64,000 bases of DNA, from the NCBI GenBank assembly GCA_036504295.1, contig DASXVK010000198.1, forward strand, positions 1,581 through 65,580, given 5' to 3'. Numbering within the stretch: the stretch's first letter is position 1; the number at the start of each line of letters is the position of its first letter. This document shows positions 28,368-38,215 of the stretch, piece by piece. This DNA comes from Polyangia bacterium. GTDB lineage: Bacteria > Myxococcota_A > Polyangia > JACRCY01. Both the position numbers and the translations under genes were made by a program. Below the pieces are notes generated by a model, which did not search any database, was not told the DNA's origin, and saw only the letters and a list, made by a program, of their open reading frames with translations.

Positions 28368-29990
28368 GTGACGTCCATTGGGGACGCGACATACGAAGCG
28401 GCGACGCCCGTCGAGGCGGCCGGCGGGGACGCCGGGCCGACCGCCGGCGCGTGCCTCGCGAGGCCGCCGATGGGTCGCCTGAGCCAGCACCTCGGGCACC
28501 GGCTCATCGTCAGCCTGCGGACCCGCTTCCTCATCGGCGTCCTCGCGACCGGCGCGCTCGCCCTGGGCGGCACCGCCCTCTTCGCCGGCCGCAGCGCCCG
28601 CAACGACGTCGAGTCGCTCGCGCGCGACCGCGGCCGCGTCATCGCGAACTCGGTGTCGGCGAACCTCTCGTCGATGATGGTGCACGGCAGCGGGCACCAG
28701 ATGCAGCTCTTCCTGTCGAGCGTGAAGCAGAACGCGCTCGTCTCCGACGTGCACATCTTCAGCCGCAAGGGCGTGGTCCTCGCCTCCTCGGCGGGCGGCG
28801 TGGGCCAGCCGACGAACCCGCGGCACTTCGCGCTCACGCGCGAGGGGCGCATGGCGGCGACGACCGAGGAGGGCCCGCACGGGACGAACATGGTCTTCGT
28901 GCAGGAGATCGAGAACGGCCCCTTCTGCCGCAACTGCCACGGGCAGGAGGAGTCGCCGATCGGCTACCTCGACGTCTCGGTCCCCCTCGACCGCTACGAG
29001 CGCCACGTACGCACGACGCTCGTGCGCAGCGGCGTCCTCAACGGCATCGCCCTCGTGCTCCTCATCCTCGGCAGCAGCCTGGTCGTGTCGGTGCTGGTGC
29101 TGCGGCCGGTGGCGCGCCTCGCCCAGGCGGTGCGGCGCACCGCCGACGGCGACCTCGACGTCCGGGTGCCGGTCGAGCGCGAGGACGAGCTCGGCCGCCT
29201 CGCGAAGGACTTCAACGCGATGGCGGAGAAGCTGCGGGGCGCCCAGGAGCAGGTCCAGCAGTCGCACCACGAGAACATGGAGCGCGCCGAGCGCATGGCG
29301 TCGCTCGGCGAGCTCGCCGCCAGCCTCGCGCACGAGGTCCGCAACCCGCTCGGCGGCCTCTCCGGCGCGGTCCAGGTCCTCGCCGAGCACTTCGCCGACG
29401 ACCCCAAGCACCGCGAGGTCGTCGAGGAGATGGGCAGCCTGATCCAGCGGCTCGACAAGGCGGTGAACGACCTGCTGTCGTTCGCGCGGCCGTCCCGCCC
29501 GTCGCTCAAGCTGCTCGACCTCAACGTGAGCGTCGGCGAGGTCGTGTCGCTCATGCGCAAGCACGCCGCCCGCAGCAAGGTCGAGGTCGTCTTCCACCCC
29601 TGCACCGACCACGGCTACGTGTTTGCCGACGGCGACCAGGTCCGGCACGTCTGGGTCAACCTCATCCTCAACGCGTACCAGGCGATGCCGGCGGGCGGCA
29701 CGCTCGACGTGCGCGTGGCGGTCGCCGGCGACGGCGTGCAGGTCTCCTTCCTCGACACGGGCACCGGCATCCCGGAGGACCTGCGGGAGAAGATCTTCCG
29801 GCCGTTCTTCACGACGAAGCACACCGGCACCGGCCTCGGCCTGGCGATCTGCGACCGCATCGTGCGCGATCATGGCGGCGACATCGAGGTCGTCAGCTCG
29901 CCCGGCGAGGGCACCTGCTTCACCGTGACGCTCCCGCGCCGGGGCGCGATCGTGCATCGCGCCGCCGACGGGGGCGGGAGCGCGCCGTGA
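28368..29990 (+). CDS. Sensor histidine kinase with a periplasmic CxxCH (heme c-type) motif, HAMP, HisKA and HATPase domains
   Basis: Alternative start at ATG 28470 (MGRLSQHLG). TM1 is [21 protein letters not shown]. The periplasmic region of about 170 aa contains FCRNCHG (28926-28940). TM2 is followed by HAMP ([14 protein letters not shown]), the H-box ([10 protein letters not shown]), the N-box (NLILNAYQA) and the G-boxes (DTGTGI, GTGLGL). Confidence 0.85.
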   Translation: MTSIGDATYEAATPVEAAGGDAGPTAGACLARPPMGRLSQHLGHRLIVSLRTRFLIGVLATGALALGGTALFAGRSARNDVESLARDRGRVIANSVSANLSSMMVHGSGHQMQLFLSSVKQNALVSDVHIFSRKGVVLASSAGGVGQPTNPRHFALTREGRMAATTEEGPHGTNMVFVQEIENGPFCRNCHGQEESPIGYLDVSVPLDRYERHVRTTLVRSGVLNGIALVLLILGSSLVVSVLVLRPVARLAQAVRRTADGDLDVRVPVEREDELGRLAKDFNAMAEKLRGAQEQVQQSHHENMERAERMASLGELAASLAHEVRNPLGGLSGAVQVLAEHFADDPKHREVVEEMGSLIQRLDKAVNDLLSFARPSRPSLKLLDLNVSVGEVVSLMRKHAARSKVEVVFHPCTDHGYVFADGDQVRHVWVNLILNAYQAMPAGGTLDVRVAVAGDGVQVSFLDTGTGIPEDLREKIFRPFFTTKHTGTGLGLAICDRIVRDHGGDIEVVSSPGEGTCFTVTLPRRGAIVHRAADGGGSAP

Positions 29991-31399
29991 CGGACGTCCT
30001 GCCGGCCATGACCATGACCACGCCCGCGCCCAAGCCCGAGCCCGCCGCGAGGCCCCCGGGGCGCCTGGCGCGGGTGCTGGTGATCGACGACGAGCGCCTC
30101 ATCCGCTGGTCCTTCAAGGAGAAGCTCGAGCGCGAGGGCTACGAGGTCGCCACCGCGGCGAGCGCCGAGGAGGGGCTCGCGGTGATCGAGCGGGAGCGGC
30201 CCGACGTCGTCTTCCTCGACGTGCGCCTGCCGGGCATGTCGGGCCTCGACGCCCTCCGGCGGCTGCGCGAGATCGACGACACCTGCGTCGTCATCATGAT
30301 GACCGCCTACGCCTCGGTCGACGACGCCGTGCTGGCGATGAAGCAGGGCGCGCAGGACTTCATCAAGAAGCCCTTCGACCTCCTGGAGGTGGAGGCGCTG
30401 CTGCGCAAGACCGCCGAGTCGGCGCGCCTGCGCCGCGAGGTCGAGCGCCTGCGCTGGGAGACCGGCCGCAACCCGCTCGTCGGCCGCTCGCGCCCGGTGC
30501 GCAAGCTGCTCGAGCTCAGCGCCTCGGTGCAGCACTCGGACACGACCATCCTCATCGAGGGCGAGAGCGGCAGCGGCAAGGGCCTGCTCGCGCGCGTCAT
30601 CCACGACTCCAGCTCCCGCGCCAGCGGCCCACTCGTCGAGGTGAATTGCACCTCGATCCCCCACACCCTCGTCGAGAGCGAGCTGATGGGGCACGAGCGC
30701 GGCGCCTTCACCGACGCCCGCACGACGAAGCGCGGGCTCCACGAGCTGGCCGACGGCGGCACCCTCGTCCTCGACGAGATCGGCGAGATCCCGCTGCACG
30801 TCCAGGTCAAGCTGCTGCGCTGCCTCGAGGACAAGCGGTTCCGGCGCGTCGGCGGCCTGCGCGACCTCGAGGTGGACGTCCGCGTCGTGGCGATCACGAA
30901 CCGCGACCTCAAGCTGGCCGTCGCCGAGGGGCGCTTCCGCGAGGATCTCTACTTCCGCCTGAAGGTCTTCCCGCTGTACCTGCCGCCGCTGCGGCAGCGC
31001 CGCGAGGACATCCCGCTGCTCGCCGCCCATTTCGTCGAGCAGATGAACGCGCGCTTCTCCAAGGCCCTCACGGGCGTGTCGGCGGCGGCGCTGCAGCTCA
31101 TGCTGGCGTACGACTGGCCGGGGAACGTCCGCGAGCTGCGCAACCTGATCGAGCGCGCGGTCCTCCTGGCGCACGAGACGGAGATCCTGCCGTCCCACCT
31201 CGGCCCGGAGCTGCACGCGGCGCACGGGGCGGACAAGCAGGACGGCGCCGGCGGCGGCCTGGCGCTCGCCCCGGTGGAGAAGAAGCTCATCCAGGAGGCG
31301 CTCGCCGCCTGCGACGGCAACCAGGTGCGCGCCGCCCGCATGCTGCACGTGTCGCGCGACACGCTGCGCTACCGGATGAAGAAGCACGGCCTGATGTGA
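29987..31399 (+). CDS. NtrC-family sigma-54-dependent response regulator (REC-AAA+-HTH)
   Basis: GTG 29987 overlaps the kinase stop (GTGA); ATG 30008 is an alternative start. Receiver VLVIDDE...FLDVRLPGMSG...KKPF. AAA+ motifs GESGSGKG, GAFTDA, ELADGGTLVLDEIGE and WPGNVRELRN. C-terminal Fis-type HTH (AARMLHVSRDTLRYRMKKHGL). Confidence 0.9.
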   Translation: MTDVLPAMTMTTPAPKPEPAARPPGRLARVLVIDDERLIRWSFKEKLEREGYEVATAASAEEGLAVIERERPDVVFLDVRLPGMSGLDALRRLREIDDTCVVIMMTAYASVDDAVLAMKQGAQDFIKKPFDLLEVEALLRKTAESARLRREVERLRWETGRNPLVGRSRPVRKLLELSASVQHSDTTILIEGESGSGKGLLARVIHDSSSRASGPLVEVNCTSIPHTLVESELMGHERGAFTDARTTKRGLHELADGGTLVLDEIGEIPLHVQVKLLRCLEDKRFRRVGGLRDLEVDVRVVAITNRDLKLAVAEGRFREDLYFRLKVFPLYLPPLRQRREDIPLLAAHFVEQMNARFSKALTGVSAAALQLMLAYDWPGNVRELRNLIERAVLLAHETEILPSHLGPELHAAHGADKQDGAGGGLALAPVEKKLIQEALAACDGNQVRAARMLHVSRDTLRYRMKKHGLM

Positions 31400-31530
31400 G
31401 CCGGCCGGCCTCTGGGTGAAATCCCCCATCCTGTGGCGTTTCGCTCACGGCGTTTGCAGGACCGCCACACTCGGGCGCGGCGCGGTGGCGATCTTCGCGG
31501 GGTTGGATGGGGCCGGGCCGCCTCCGGACG

Positions 31531-31546
31531 AGGCACGGCGATTGCA
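31531..31546 (+). promoter_or_regulatory. Sigma-54 (-24/-12) promoter upstream of the diheme cytochrome gene
   Basis: aGGCACggcgaTTGCA, with correct GG-N10-GC spacing. It lies 85 nt upstream of ATG 31630, which has a GAGGAGAG Shine-Dalgarno sequence. Confidence 0.65.
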
Positions 31547-31629
31547 AACACGCTGAGCTGACGGTGGGGGTAACGGCCCAGGCGCGAGCTCGTGGGCACG
31601 CAGCGGACCTGAGAACGAGGAGAGAACCA

Positions 31630-31881
31630 ATGAAGAAATGGCTGATTGCCGGCATCACGATGGTCACCTTCGCCATGGGCGGCGCCGCGCTCGCGACCAA
31701 GGACATGGGCGCTGACGTCGGGGTCAAGAGCTGCAAGACCTGCCACGAGGGCTCCCCGAAGGACAAGAAGCTGACGCCCAAGATGGCGGGGCACCTCAAG
31801 GACTGCAAGGCCAAGCAGCCCAGCGAGACCTGCAAGAGCTGCCACGCGGGCGCCTCCAAGGGCACCAAGAAGTGCAAGTAG
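31630..31881 (+). CDS. Small secreted Lys-rich diheme c-type cytochrome
   Basis: 83 aa. Signal peptide MKKWLIAGITMVTFAMGGAALA. Two CxxCH motifs: CKTCH at 31732-31746 and CKSCH at 31831-31845. The composition recalls c3/c7-type mini-cytochromes. Confidence 0.8.
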   Translation: MKKWLIAGITMVTFAMGGAALATKDMGADVGVKSCKTCHEGSPKDKKLTPKMAGHLKDCKAKQPSETCKSCHAGASKGTKKCK

Positions 31882-31913
31882 TCTAGCCGGTAGCACGATC
31901 CCGTCGACGGCCT

Positions 31914-31952
31914 GGTCGGCTCCTTCCGCCTCCTCGGAGGCGAAGGACCGGC
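31914..31952 (+). terminator. Imperfect long hairpin immediately after the cytochrome gene (candidate terminator)
   Basis: GGTCGGCTCCTTCCGCCTCC-tc-GGAGGCGAAGGACCGGCC with a few bulges, followed by a GTTTGACTTTCT tract. Confidence 0.45.
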
Positions 31953-31973
31953 CGGGCCGTTTGACTTTCTAGC

Positions 31974-31998
31974 AAAGGGACCCTGGGAGGGTCCCTTT
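31974..31998. other. Perfect 11-bp inverted repeat (AAAGGGACCCT-ggg-AGGGTCCCTTT)
   Basis: Read directly from the sequence. It could be a second terminator or a protein-binding palindrome. Confidence 0.5.
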
Positions 31999-32012
31999 GA
32001 CCCCCCGCGCAG

Positions 32013-32041
32013 AGTGCTGGCAGGCAAAGCCCGCCAGCACT
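32013..32041. other. 13-bp inverted repeat with one mismatch (AGTGCTGGCAGGC-aaa-GCCCGCCAGCACT)
   Basis: Read directly from the sequence, 33 nt upstream of the second EBP gene. Confidence 0.45.
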
Positions 32042-32073
32042 CACGCGACAGTCCGCTCTGGCGCCACGCCTGA

Positions 32074-33510
32074 ATGGCGATACAATCCGCCGCGAGCGGC
32101 TCTCGCCGCCTGAGCGTGAACGGCATGGTCGAGGGCACGCGCGCCATCCGCGTCCTCGTAATCGACGACGAAAAGCTCATCCGCTGGTCCTTCCAGGAGA
32201 AGCTCGCCCCCGAGGGGTACGAGGTGCTCACGGCGGGAACCGCGGAGGAGGGGCTCGCGCTCGTCGAGCGCGAGGGGCCCGACCTCGTGTTCCTCGACAT
32301 CCGGCTGCCGGGCATGAACGGCCTGGAGGCCCTGCGCAAGCTGCGCGCGATCGACGACACCTGCACGGTGATCATGATCACCGCCTACGCGACGGTCGAT
32401 GACGCGGTCGAGGCGATGAAGCAGGGCGCGCGCGACTTCATCAAGAAGCCCTTCGATCTCAACGAGGTGCGCGCGCTCCTCGCCAAGGTGGTCGAGGACA
32501 TCAACCTGCGCCGCGAGGTCGACCGCCTGCGCCGCCGGCGCGGCGAGCCCGAGGGCCTCGGGTCGGTCATCGGCCGGGCGCCGACGCTGCGCTCCATCCT
32601 CGACATGGCCGAGACGCTGGCGCGGTCGGAGACCACCACCGTCCTCATCGAGGGGGAGAGCGGCACCGGCAAGGGCCTGCTCGCGCGCGCGCTGCACCAC
32701 CAGAGCGCCCGAGCCCAGGCGCCGCTCATCGAGATCAACTGCACGTCGCTCCCCGAGAACCTCGTCGAGAGCGAGATCATGGGGCACGAGCGCGGCGCCT
32801 TCACCGACGCCCACTCGACCAAGCGCGGGCTCCTCGAGCTGGCCGACGGCGGCACCGTGGTGCTCGACGAGATCGGTGAGATCCCGCTCGCCGTCCAGGT
32901 CAAGCTGCTGCGCTGCATCGAGGAGAAGCGGTTCCGGCGCGTCGGCGGCCTGCGCGACTTCGAGGTCGACGTCCGCATCATCGCGACCACGAACCGCGAC
33001 CTCAAGGGCGCGGTGGCGGCGGGCCGCTTCCGCGAGGACCTGTACTTCCGGCTCAAGGTCTTCCCGCTGCTGCTCCCGTCGCTGCGGCAGCGGCGCGAGG
33101 ACATCCCGCTCCTCTCGGCCCACTTCGTCGAGCAGATGAACCAGCGGTTCACGAAGTCGCTCAAGGGCATCTCGCCCGCGGCGCTGCAGCTCATGCTCTC
33201 CTACGAGTGGCCCGGCAACGTCCGCGAGCTGCGCAACGTCATCGAACGCGGCGTGCTCCTCGCCCAGGGCGACCAGATCCTGCCGACGCACCTGCCGGCC
33301 GAGCTGCAGCAGCACGCGCAGGACGCGGCCGCCGACGGGCACGGCCAGACCATGAGCCTGCCGCCCGGCGGCGTGGCGCTGGCGGACGTCGAGCGGCGTC
33401 TCATCGAGGAGGCGCTCACGGCCGCCCAGGGGAACCAGGTGCGGGCCGCGAAGATGCTCAAGATCAGCCGCGACACGCTCCGTTACCGGATGAAGAAGTT
33501 CGGCCTGTAA
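32074..33510 (+). CDS. Second NtrC-family sigma-54-dependent response regulator (paralog of 29987-31399)
   Basis: 478 aa; alternative start at 32125. It is collinear with the first EBP: VLVIDDEKLIRWSFQEKL, GESGTGKG, GAFTDA, WPGNVRELRN, AAKMLKISRDTLRYRMKKFGL. Confidence 0.9.
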   Translation: MAIQSAASGSRRLSVNGMVEGTRAIRVLVIDDEKLIRWSFQEKLAPEGYEVLTAGTAEEGLALVEREGPDLVFLDIRLPGMNGLEALRKLRAIDDTCTVIMITAYATVDDAVEAMKQGARDFIKKPFDLNEVRALLAKVVEDINLRREVDRLRRRRGEPEGLGSVIGRAPTLRSILDMAETLARSETTTVLIEGESGTGKGLLARALHHQSARAQAPLIEINCTSLPENLVESEIMGHERGAFTDAHSTKRGLLELADGGTVVLDEIGEIPLAVQVKLLRCIEEKRFRRVGGLRDFEVDVRIIATTNRDLKGAVAAGRFREDLYFRLKVFPLLLPSLRQRREDIPLLSAHFVEQMNQRFTKSLKGISPAALQLMLSYEWPGNVRELRNVIERGVLLAQGDQILPTHLPAELQQHAQDAAADGHGQTMSLPPGGVALADVERRLIEEALTAAQGNQVRAAKMLKISRDTLRYRMKKFGL

Positions 33511-33528
33511 CGGGGACAAGGAGGGGCC

Positions 33529-34017
33529 GTGATGAACCTTTCGACCGTCCGCCTCGACAAGCCCGATGAGGTCAACCTGATCCTCGGCCAGGCGCACTTC
33601 ATCCGCACCGTCGAGGACCTGCACGAGGCCATCGCGACCTCGGTGCCCGGGGCGAAGTTCGGGCTCGCGTTCTGCGAGTCGTCGGGGCCGCGGCTCATCC
33701 GCCACGGCGGCACCGACGCGGCGCTCGAGGACCTGGCGGTGAAGAACCTCCAGGCCGTCGCGGCCGGCCACGTCTTCCTCGTGCTGCTCGGCAACCTCTT
33801 CCCGATCCACTGCCTGCGCGCGATCCGCGAGGTCCCCGAGGTGTGCCGCATCTTCTGCGCCACCGCGAACCCCGTCGAGGTGGTGATCGCCGAGACGGCG
33901 CAGGGCCGCGGCGTGCTCGGCGTCATCGACGGCGGCACGCCGCTCGGGGTGGAGGGGCCGCAGGAGACGGCGCAGCGCACGGCGTTCCTGCGGACGATCG
34001 GGCTGAAGCTGGGGTAG
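33529..34017 (+). CDS. Adenosine-specific-kinase family (PF04008-like) protein
   Basis: 162 aa, starting at GTG 33529 or the adjacent ATG 33532, with an AAGGAGGGG Shine-Dalgarno sequence. EVNLILGQAHFIRTVEDLHEAIATSVPGAKFGLAFCESSG matches my recollection of this family. Confidence 0.6.
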   Translation: MMNLSTVRLDKPDEVNLILGQAHFIRTVEDLHEAIATSVPGAKFGLAFCESSGPRLIRHGGTDAALEDLAVKNLQAVAAGHVFLVLLGNLFPIHCLRAIREVPEVCRIFCATANPVEVVIAETAQGRGVLGVIDGGTPLGVEGPQETAQRTAFLRTIGLKLG

Positions 34018-34099
34018 CACGGCCTCGCGTTGCCCCTCGGTGTGTACGTGGCGGCGGTGCGGTGCTCGCTTGACCGCGTATCTCACTCTCGAGCGAGTG

Positions 34100-34429
34100 A
34101 TGCTCGCGCTGGACGCACGCGACGATCCTGTGGCCGATCACTTACGCGACGCGATGGATCCCATTTGGTATTCGCTCCGCGAAGAGGATCGCGCACAGCT
34201 CGACGCTGGGGTGACCCTGGCGCCTCGAGCAACCTTGGCGCAAGGTGTCGAGCCCAACCTGACGCAGCGGGCTGACGCCGCCGCGGTGCCGCTCGGGCCG
34301 CTGCCCGGCCGCGAGCCCGAGCGCCCCAAGTTTCTTACGGGTTCTCTCGAAGGTCGTCCGCGCGGCGCTGCCGATCGGCGGCCGACCGAAACATGGGCGG
34401 TCATTGCGGGCTTGCCGTTTGCGACCTGA
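34100..34429 (+). CDS. Hypothetical protein (weak)
   Basis: ATG inside track ORF 34040-34429 (MLALDARDDPVADHLRDAMDPIWYSLREEDRAQLD...). It has mixed codon usage in a lower-GC patch and no recognisable motif. Confidence 0.3.
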   Translation: MLALDARDDPVADHLRDAMDPIWYSLREEDRAQLDAGVTLAPRATLAQGVEPNLTQRADAAAVPLGPLPGREPERPKFLTGSLEGRPRGAADRRPTETWAVIAGLPFAT

Positions 34430-34441
34430 GGGGGAACGACT

Positions 34442-34900
34442 GTGCCTCGATGCTACCTGTTCGCGATCGCCCACCTGTCATCAGTAGATCGCGAGACGGA
34501 CAACTTCTCCCTGTATCAGATCATCGAGAGGATTGGCGTCGAGAGCCTCCCCGCATTGCTGCCGCTACAGGCTCACGTATTCTTTGCCTTCGAGCCCGAT
34601 GAGTACGATCGCGACTACGAGCTTAGATTCGTCTTCGCGGCCCCGTCTGCGCCCGAGATCGAAGGCATGGTTGCGCGCTTTCGCTCGCCATCAGGTCCCC
34701 GCTTCAGGGTGCGAACGCCTGCCTTCCCGCTGCCGGGGCCTGGCGTGTTCGCCATCTACCCCGAGTGGCGGGAGGTCGGAGCGGAAGTGTGGACGCGCGC
34801 GGTCACCGGATGGCCGCTTGACGTGCGACTCCTCGGATCCGATGAGACTGGGTCGGAGCCGGCGCGCGTTCCGCCACCGCCCTCCTCGGCAGCCCCGTAG
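34442..34900 (+). CDS. Hypothetical protein
   Basis: 152 aa with a GTG start. The composition is protein-like (YLFAIAHLSSVDRETDNFSLYQIIERIGVESLPALLPLQAHVFFAFEPDEYDRDYELRFVF). Codon usage is atypical, with many A/T-ending codons. Confidence 0.5.
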   Translation: MPRCYLFAIAHLSSVDRETDNFSLYQIIERIGVESLPALLPLQAHVFFAFEPDEYDRDYELRFVFAAPSAPEIEGMVARFRSPSGPRFRVRTPAFPLPGPGVFAIYPEWREVGAEVWTRAVTGWPLDVRLLGSDETGSEPARVPPPPSSAAP

Positions 34901-35772
34901 CTCACCGGCGGTGAGGCGGCCGCGTCCGCATCAAGAGATCCCGCATCCGGAGTGTGGCCTAATCGCACGCGCCGGCTGGGCACCAGGAATGCGGCCAGCG
35001 CGATTGCGGCCCCAAACGCCGTGATCGCGATCCCTGCGGCACTGCCCTCCAGGCCCCACTCGCCGCCGGACCGCCACGGATTGGCATGTCTGGTGAGGTC
35101 CCAGAAGCGAGCGGACGTCAGCAGGGACTGCGTGAAGTTCCACCCCACATGGAGCCCGATCGGCACCAGGATGTTTCGCGATGCCAGCATCGAGTAGCTG
35201 AGGAAGAAGCCCGCCAGGGCCACCGAGGCAATCGCTGCGACCGTCCAGTTCGGGTTGAAGAGGTGCGCCAGGCCGAAGGTAGTCCCGAGGCCAATCGCAG
35301 TGGCATGCGGACCGAGAGCTTTGGCACAGGCAGAAAACGCCCACCCTCGAAACGTGTACTCTTCCCAGGCCGCGTTCAGGACAGTTGCCACGAGCACGGC
35401 AACGAGAGTGCCCGCGAGATCGAGGAGGCCGACAGGTCGCCACCGCACGGCGATCCCGCCAGTCGCCATCACCAGGGCGAATACGACCGTGAAGATCAGA
35501 ATCCCCCCAAGCAAGCCCCCGATCGCGACGCGGGCGCTCATGAGGCCTAGGCTGGGAAGCAGGATCAAGTCGCGGCCATGCATGCTGGGGCGCCGTCTCT
35601 GGGCCAGGACGGTCATCGTGACCACCAGTCCCAGCGCCGCGACGCCGGCCACGGTGCTCCGAACGACAGACTTCTCGCTCAGGAATGACAGGCCCCCCCA
35701 CGCCAGCAGCTTGCAGGCCATGCTCACGCCAACGAAGCCCAGCGCCAAGGCTACGGTCTTCAGGCGCGACAC
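34756..35772 (-). CDS. CPBP-family (Abi/CAAX-type) intramembrane metalloprotease
   Basis: Tentative GTG 35772 start, with 35802 as an alternative. Multiple TM helices. The three family motifs are present: EEYTFRGW, FGLAHL and HVGWNF. The last approx. 50 codons form a low-complexity tail that overlaps the convergent 34442-34900 ORF. Confidence 0.75.
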   Translation of the reverse strand: MSRLKTVALALGFVGVSMACKLLAWGGLSFLSEKSVVRSTVAGVAALGLVVTMTVLAQRRRPSMHGRDLILLPSLGLMSARVAIGGLLGGILIFTVVFALVMATGGIAVRWRPVGLLDLAGTLVAVLVATVLNAAWEEYTFRGWAFSACAKALGPHATAIGLGTTFGLAHLFNPNWTVAAIASVALAGFFLSYSMLASRNILVPIGLHVGWNFTQSLLTSARFWDLTRHANPWRSGGEWGLEGSAAGIAITAFGAAIALAAFLVPSRRVRLGHTPDAGSLDADAAASPPVSYGAAEEGGGGTRAGSDPVSSDPRSRTSSGHPVTARVHTSAPTSRHSG

Positions 35773-35816
35773 GGCCGGCCGGCTTGCTGATGTCTCGTCC
35801 ACCGGCTGCCGCCGCC

Positions 35817-36259
35817 CTACCGCGCCCGCCGCCACCGCACCTGGTAGATCTGCCCGGGCTCGCCGCCCGGGGACTGCACCGTGGCCTCGCCGACGAAGAT
35901 GTCGCCCTCCGGCCGCATGTCGTAGGTGACGCGGTAGCCGGTCTCGCGCACCCGGAGCCGGAGGCGCAGCGTGCGGCAGTCGTAGCGCAGCTCCTCGAAG
36001 TCGTACGCCTTGCCGTCGTTGCAGTCGGTGCCGCGGATCGCGAGCGCGCCGTTCTCGACGGTGAACTCGTAGGTGTCGGAGCAGCCGGAGCGGCCGACGA
36101 ACTCCTCCAGCCACCGTCCGGCCATGACCGCCTGGCACGACGGCGGCGCGGCGGCCACGGCGGGCGCCGCGGGGCAGGGGCAGGGGCACGGTGCGGAGCG
36201 GGCCGCCGCGCCGCAGCCGGCGGCGGCGAGCGTGACGGCCAGGAGCAGGCGCGCGGCCA

Positions 36260-36260
<1 letters not shown>
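35817..36260 (-). CDS. Small lipoprotein of unknown function, translationally coupled to glgE
   Basis: MAARLLLAVTLAAAGC (lipobox), then SAPCPCPCPAAPAVAAAPPSC and a globular part (YEFTVENGALAIRGTDCNDGKAYDFEELRYDCRTLRLRLRVRETGYRVTYDM). Its ATG shares one base with the glgE TGA. Confidence 0.65.

Positions 36261-38211
<1,951 letters not shown>

Positions 38212-38215
<4 letters not shown>

Noticed and set aside
31870-31881. A third, truncated heme motif at the cytochrome C-terminus (GTKKCK-stop, compared with the ...KCGECHKK ending of c7 cytochromes)
   Set aside because: The reading frame ends cleanly in TAG with a second TAG downstream, and no CxxCH is recoverable in any nearby frame. It is treated as a genuine diheme protein with extra Cys residues.
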